Source: Candidatus Bathyarchaeota archaeon
GTDB taxonomy: Archaea > Thermoproteota > Bathyarchaeia > Bathyarchaeales > Bathycorpusculaceae
Assembly (NCBI GenBank): GCA_963720565.1
Contig: CAVRFW010000009.1
Location: forward strand, 32,001 to 96,000
Length of the DNA: 64,000 bases
Reading direction: 5' to 3'
Positions within the stretch are counted from its first letter, which is position 1, and each line of letters begins with the position of its first letter. A program made the position numbers and the translations under genes. Below the pieces are notes generated by a model. It was not told the DNA's origin. It did not search any database and was given only the letters and a program-made list of their open reading frames with translations. Below, piece after piece: positions 58,795 through 64,000 of the stretch.

Positions 58795-60126
58795 TTAGAG
58801 GGTTTCAGTTGTTTGTTTTAGGGGGCATCCTGCTCCGCATGTGTTTAGGGTTGGGCATTCGTGGCATTTTTCTGGCGCGTATTTTCTTTGGCGAATTTTT
58901 TGGCAGGTTGGGTGTTGCCAGATGGTTTGCCAGTCATCCGTTAGTATGTTTCCCAGCGGGGCTATATTGTAGCTTTGACAGGGGATAACTGTGCCGTCGG
59001 GTTCGGTTGCCATGTTAATTCTGCAGGCGCTACAGGTTTTTAGTCCCAATTCGAGTTCCAGAGGATTAAGTTCGCAGTATTGGGTTGGCGTGTACCAGGT
59101 GAACTCCATGCCCAAATGTCGCGCTTTGGTGGTTATGCGTGTTAGGATGGGTTCTAATGTGGACTTCGTTTAGTGCGAAGGTTTTAGCTACTTCGGGTGC
59201 CTTTCCTGAATAGATTAGGCTGTTGCAGGCGAATTGTTTGAGTCCTAGACCATGAAGGAAATCTATTGTTTGTTCAATGTCTTCCACGTTGTATTGGTTT
59301 AGAGTGGTGTTGCTGATTGTGTAGATTGGCGTTTCGATTGCGTTTTTAAGCCTTGTATGGTTTCTTGCCAAGCTGCCCGGAGCGTCGGTTATTTTGTCGT
59401 GGATCTGAGGATTGTGGGATTCGACGGTTATTTGAATGTGGTCTAAGCCTGCGTCTATCAGGGATTGGAGGTAGGTTTTGTCTTTGAGCTTTCGTCCGTT
59501 GGTGACTAATCCGCTGACAAGTTCCCTTTTCTGGGCATGTTCAATTAGCACAGGTAGGTCCTCTCGTAAGGTGGGTTCTCCGCCTGTGAAAACCATGTGC
59601 GGGATGCCTATGTCGTGGAGTTTGTCAATGTAGCTATCCATTGTTGGGTATTAAGTTCGGCAGTTTGCTTGGGACCTCCGGCATAGCAGTGGATGCATCT
59701 GTTGTTGCATTTGTAGGTTAAGGCGAGGTCCATTCGGTAGGGTGCGCTTAGCTCTTTTTGGAAGGGTTCGATTTTTTGTACGTTTAGGTATGAGACGGGG
59801 CAAACGTCAGGGGTTTTTGCGAAGGTGTTTATGGTGTATAGGGTGTCTTGGTAGTCTTTGTTGGCAGTCTTCTGCGTCGACTTTGTAGTGTTTGAGGATG
59901 TTTCGGACAGTTTGTTGCTGGGTTTCGCCTCTGGTGAAGCCGTGGACGATTTCTGTTGCAGTCTTGTTTAGGAAGAGGACTCTCGACGCGTTAATTACTA
60001 GAACACTTGAACCGTCTCTTTCAAGTCGCAAGTGAAGGCGAAGTCCAGCGTATGTCACCTTCTTGGACCTTTAGATGATGAAGCACTTCTCTGAGGTTTG
60101 GGATGGAGTTTTTCTAGGATTTTCAT
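58795..60126 (-). CDS. Radical SAM/SPASM enzyme with N-terminal RRE/PqqD-like domain; several indels
   Basis: CNNRCIHC at 59686-59709, FTGGEPTL, VTNG, SPASM CSAC..PC..CHECPTLNTCGAGC, N-terminal VLFLNKTATEIV. ATG 60126 follows GGAGGTG. Confidence 0.88.
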
Positions 60127-61794
60127 TCAGTGAGCACCTCCGCCAGCACATGCACAAGCGCAACTCACGCAGGCGCATGCGCAGGCGCATGAGTGGCAGG
60201 CGCAGACGCACGATTGTTTGTTTATTGATTGGTTGCTTGGGGGAGATTGGAAGGGAATGAGTTGGTTTGCGAAGTCTTGGATGTTTTTGACCATGTTGTT
60301 AGCAGCTGATTGTATGTTCTAGGACTACGGTGTTTGCGAAATCCTGTCCTGGTAAAGTCGTTGGTTTGGTGGGAATCGGGGGTGTTGTTGTTGAGGGCGT
60401 GGTAGTTGAGGGAATCGCTGGCCCTGAGGGGCTGCGTGGAATGTTCCAGTACCACCACCAATCGGGTTTGGGAGTGATGACCGTTCCAGGTGGAAAGATT
60501 GTCTTTAAATTGGTCGTCGAATTTTTGGTCAGATAGGAGCCAATCTATGTTTTGATTTAAAGCGTCGCCTTTTAGCTCAGGGGTTTGCGCGTTGGTGACT
60601 TGTTTCCAAGCTGCATCGACTATGGATTTGTAGTATTTTGTTGTGTCTTCTCTTGAGTAACCGCGTAACCTTTGGTTTACAGTGGTCACCAATCCTTGGT
60701 ATGTGAGGGCTAAGTGCTTTTTCATTTAGAGTTCCGTCGGGTTTTACAGCTGATAGGTAGTCAATTTCGTAGTATCGAGGTTGGGTAGGTGTTTCTGCAG
60801 TAAGTTTTTGTGTTTTCTCCAGTTTCAGCAGGGGTTCAGTTTGTGTTACCGTGACTAGGCGTTTTAGGATTAGGCCGTAAAGGATCATGGTTAGGACGCG
60901 TATGGGTTTTTGGCCCAGAACTAAGCCGGCTTCCACCGCAGTTAGGGTGCGGTTGGCTCCTAGGGCTTCAACGGATATTTGGGGTTTGGTGTAGGTTGCT
61001 TTGGATAATGCGATGAATACTGCTACAATTACAGCTGCGACTACCACAAAGGCGCCTATCCCAAACAATAGTTCGATTAAGTCGAGTATACCTCCGCCAT
61101 TTTGAGGCGGAGTTGGGCTAGGTGCGGGTGAGACATAGGTTTCTGGAAATGAGACACCTGCGGCAAAGGTTTGTTCAGCTTGCCAAGTGGGTCTTTCCCA
61201 GTAAACAGCCGTTCTATTATCCTCAGTTAAGAATACGTTGTCAAAGGGCAAGTTTGAGGGATATAATACTTCGGTTGTTTGGACTCCAAAGGGCAGAATT
61301 ATTTGCAGACGCAGGTCTTCAGTTCCTATTGAGCTTGCGAATGTGCTTGGGAAGAACTGCATACCCACATTTCCAGGGTTTGTTTCATCCGAGAAAACCA
61401 TGTTTGGTACCGTTGCGTATGCAAGGAAACTGATTGGTTGGTTGAGAATTATGGGTTTTTTTAGTGTAATGTCGATGCCAATTGGGTATAGAAGAGCGTT
61501 CTCGTATTCCAGAGAGTCTCCAGCCGCAGTCTTCTACAGCTTGGATTTGGTAGCCTGCTTTGGGCATGCCTAGTGTGAAAATGCCTTGGGGTGATCCTGA
61601 AAGGTATTGAAAAGTGATGTTATAGAAGATGTTTAGGCTGACCAGTCGTGGTTGATTTCGACTCTTACCCACTCTTGGGTTACGCTGTAGGTGACGCCTT
61701 GAGCCGAAGCGAAAAAGGAAAACGAGAAACTTGCTAAGAGACACAAAAGAGCCACTAACAGGATGGTGTACGTGTGTCTCTTAGGCTTTACCAT
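60127..61794 (-). CDS. Membrane-anchored protein (DUF2207-like ectodomain) with C-terminal Cys-Ala repeat tail; several indels
   Basis: Signal peptide MVKPKRHTYTILLV, ectodomain, one TM (FGIGAFVVVAAVIVAVFIAL), cytoplasmic part, ends SCVCACHSCACACACVSCACACAGGGAH. Confidence 0.75.
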
Positions 61795-62136
61795 GTGGGC
61801 TCCTCGGTTAACTCGAATTTGTTTCCGCAGTAGTCACAGGTCACGAATGGTTTTCCATCAACTATGACAGTCTTTGTTGGGTCAACGATAGCACTACAGT
61901 TTGGGACAGTGAATTTTATTTATTTTAAGCGGACCAGTGACAGTCAGGGTCTGTTTGATTTCTATGGGTTTCTTTTCGCGGGTCAAAAAAATCATTCCAC
62001 CAGCAACTGCCAAGAAGGCTAAACCTATTAGGAAATATGTGAATCCGAGGTTTGCTGAAATCATAAAGACTAACCCTAAGAAAACCAGAACTACTGCAAC
62101 TATGTAAACAAGAATTTTGCCTGCGCCTTTTACCAT
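61788..62136 (-). CDS. Small two-TM protein with C-terminal zinc ribbon; frameshift near 61900
   Basis: Removing one base gives CPNCSAIVDPTKTVIVDGKPFVTCDYCGNKFELTEEPTW; its stop overlaps the next ATG. Confidence 0.75.
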
Positions 62137-62407
62137 ACCATTTCACACTTCAGAATAGCTATTTAGCTGATTGTTAGCTATAACACTTTTCCAAAAACGA
62201 AATGTCAGAAGCTTACTTCAATTTGCTTATTGCATAGCGGTCCGTTGGGGCTGGGTGCTTCTTGCAGGATAGCATATTTCGATTTAGAAGAAAGAATCGC
62301 GGGTTTTGCGGCAGATGGTTAAGAAGAAACTGCTCGAAATCCACTTCCTTACAAAAACCTCTTTCTAAAGCATATACAGAACAAGAGTTGGTACGCGCAG
62401 ACTGTAG

Positions 62408-63857
62408 TCAAGAATGTGGAGTCCTGCTAAACTCCTCCTTCTCCAAGTGAATCGCTGCCACCGTAGCGTTTACGTTTTTGTCTTCAACTACGATTATTAT
62501 TTGGGAAGTATGAGGTGCAAAGATTCCTCGCTTTATGTTTATTCCTCGGATGGCGCTGATGGCTGTTGAAGCTACTCCTGGTGAGTCTTTCATTTTGTCG
62601 CCAATGAGCGTGACAACTCCTAAGCCATATTCTATTTTTAGTTTTTCGTCAAACCCCTTCAGTTTTTCCTCATTCTTCTTTAGAAAGTCAGAGTCCAAAA
62701 ACAAAAAATCTCGTAGTCTCTCTCCTGTTTCGAGCGTCTCAGCGCCCAAGTCCATGAAGTCGTTGCGTTTCTCCCAGATTCTCAACGAGTCTTCAAGGGA
62801 ATGACTTTTCTCGTCATTCATAGATAATATAGCGCATCCAGCCTTTCCGGTTAAACACTTTACAACCTCTCTGCCGCTTGTCTCTGACTGAATAGTTGAG
62901 TACTTCTCAGGTTCATCTATCGGAACAATCTGCAACTTCTGCATGAATCGCCTTGCCATTGCGATTGCTGGACTCTGAACAATTTTCATGCCCATCATCG
63001 AGGCTTTGTGTGCTTCGTTGTAGGTTAGAGCAGCTACATGGTCAGTTTTCTGCCCTTTTACAACCTTCGGATCAGCACTTTGCACTGGCACATCCTTAAA
63101 CAGAAGTGTGTCAGTCTGATATCTACTCTCCAAAAGACCTGCAACGAAAACCGCAGAAAGATCTGAGCCTCCTCTACCCAAAACTGTCTCTAGTCCGTCA
63201 GGGGTTACGCCTAAGAAACCAGCGAAGGAAATGATTTTGCCGCCTTCCAAAGGCTCGACCAAAGTATCCAATCTCTTTTTGCTTAGCTCGTAGTTCGGTG
63301 TTGCGTCCTCAAAATTATCATCCGTGACAATTGGCCACTTTTCCACAGGTATGCAATAAGAGTTTAGGTTGTTGCTCTTCATAATGTAGTCTGCTAGTGT
63401 CGCCATCGAAAGCTCACCCCCTAGGGTAAGAACTTTTGCTTTGACACTTCCACTGAAGCGCTTGTTGACCGATTCAAGTGCTTCCTCCGTCTGCCTCCTG
63501 CAGTCTGCCACACAAGACAACGCTTGCCTTATGTACTCACTTCTAACATGCTGCTTGGCAATATGCTCATAAATCTTAAAAACCGCATCAACTCCGATGG
63601 GCGTTGACTGGGCGTAAGATTCCCCAATTCTGATCAGTGCATCGGTGCAACCAGTTGGCGCAGAGAACACCACAACTGGACCAAAATCGTCCTTTGTTGC
63701 AAGTTCCTTTATGCGCTTTGAGAATTTTCGTAATTCCTCTGCCTTCGGCATCTATTAGACTGCCGCCAAATTTTGCCACTGAAGTCCTATTCTTTAAAGT
63801 CTTATCCTCCTGACCCAATTTAGCAGTCTTACACCTAGCTTTATTAGTTTTCTTCAC
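62408..63857 (-). CDS. Aspartate kinase with ACT domain; frameshift near 63720, start uncertain
   Basis: VAKFGGS in one frame; VVVFSA, GGELS, LGRGGSDLSA, KDV..ADP and ACT domain in the other. Confidence 0.88.
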
Positions 63858-64000
63858 TGAAAAGCTGTTACGGTTGTCAAACGATTCTAATAATTGCGAG
63901 GCAGGTCTGTAAACTAGATGCCCTATATGCTGAATAGGTTTGGGAAAGAATCTTTTCTTAGGGCTTTGGGTAGATACTGGTTTTTAGTAGCTTTGTCGTC

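Noticed and set aside
60075..60260. Plus-strand Arg-rich ORF (RRRMRRRMSGRRRR) and GC-rich GCGCAT repeats
   Set aside because: Antisense shadow of the Cys-Ala tail; the minus strand fits the operon and its SD.

Overview
Archaeal chromosomal window with no rRNA, tRNA, CRISPR array or mobile element recognised. The gene content (AlaX-M, archaeal NikR, ESCRT-III/CdvB, WOR5-type tungsten oxidoreductase, IorAB, archaeosortase, several NosD/PT-linker surface proteins) suggests a TACK-type anaerobe such as Bathyarchaeia; this is inference. At least 12 conserved genes are split by 1-bp indels, several at homopolymers, most simply explained as long-read assembly errors. Main modules: (i) nickel uptake plus nickel-pincer cofactor locus (nikR, nikMNQO, larBCE) with a clear palindromic operator but no larA; (ii) WOR5-like S/L pair; (iii) a ~13 kb surface-protein locus with a PEGF-CTERM protein, NDP-sugar epimerase, GT2, flippase-like protein, three GT-C enzymes and an archaeosortase; (iv) iorAB, an FrhB-CBS fusion and pyrF; (v) the best novelty candidate, a coupled three-gene operon (58795-62136, minus strand) of a membrane Zn-ribbon protein, a membrane-anchored protein ending in CVCACHSCACACACVSCACACAGGGAH, and an RRE/PqqD-like radical SAM-SPASM enzyme. 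The Cys tail and the CxxxCxxC motif of (v) are hidden from the ORF track by frameshifts. Four small genes absent from the ORF track were read by hand: two Lys-rich peptides, a ribbon-helix-helix regulator and a CxxC-x17-CxxC protein.
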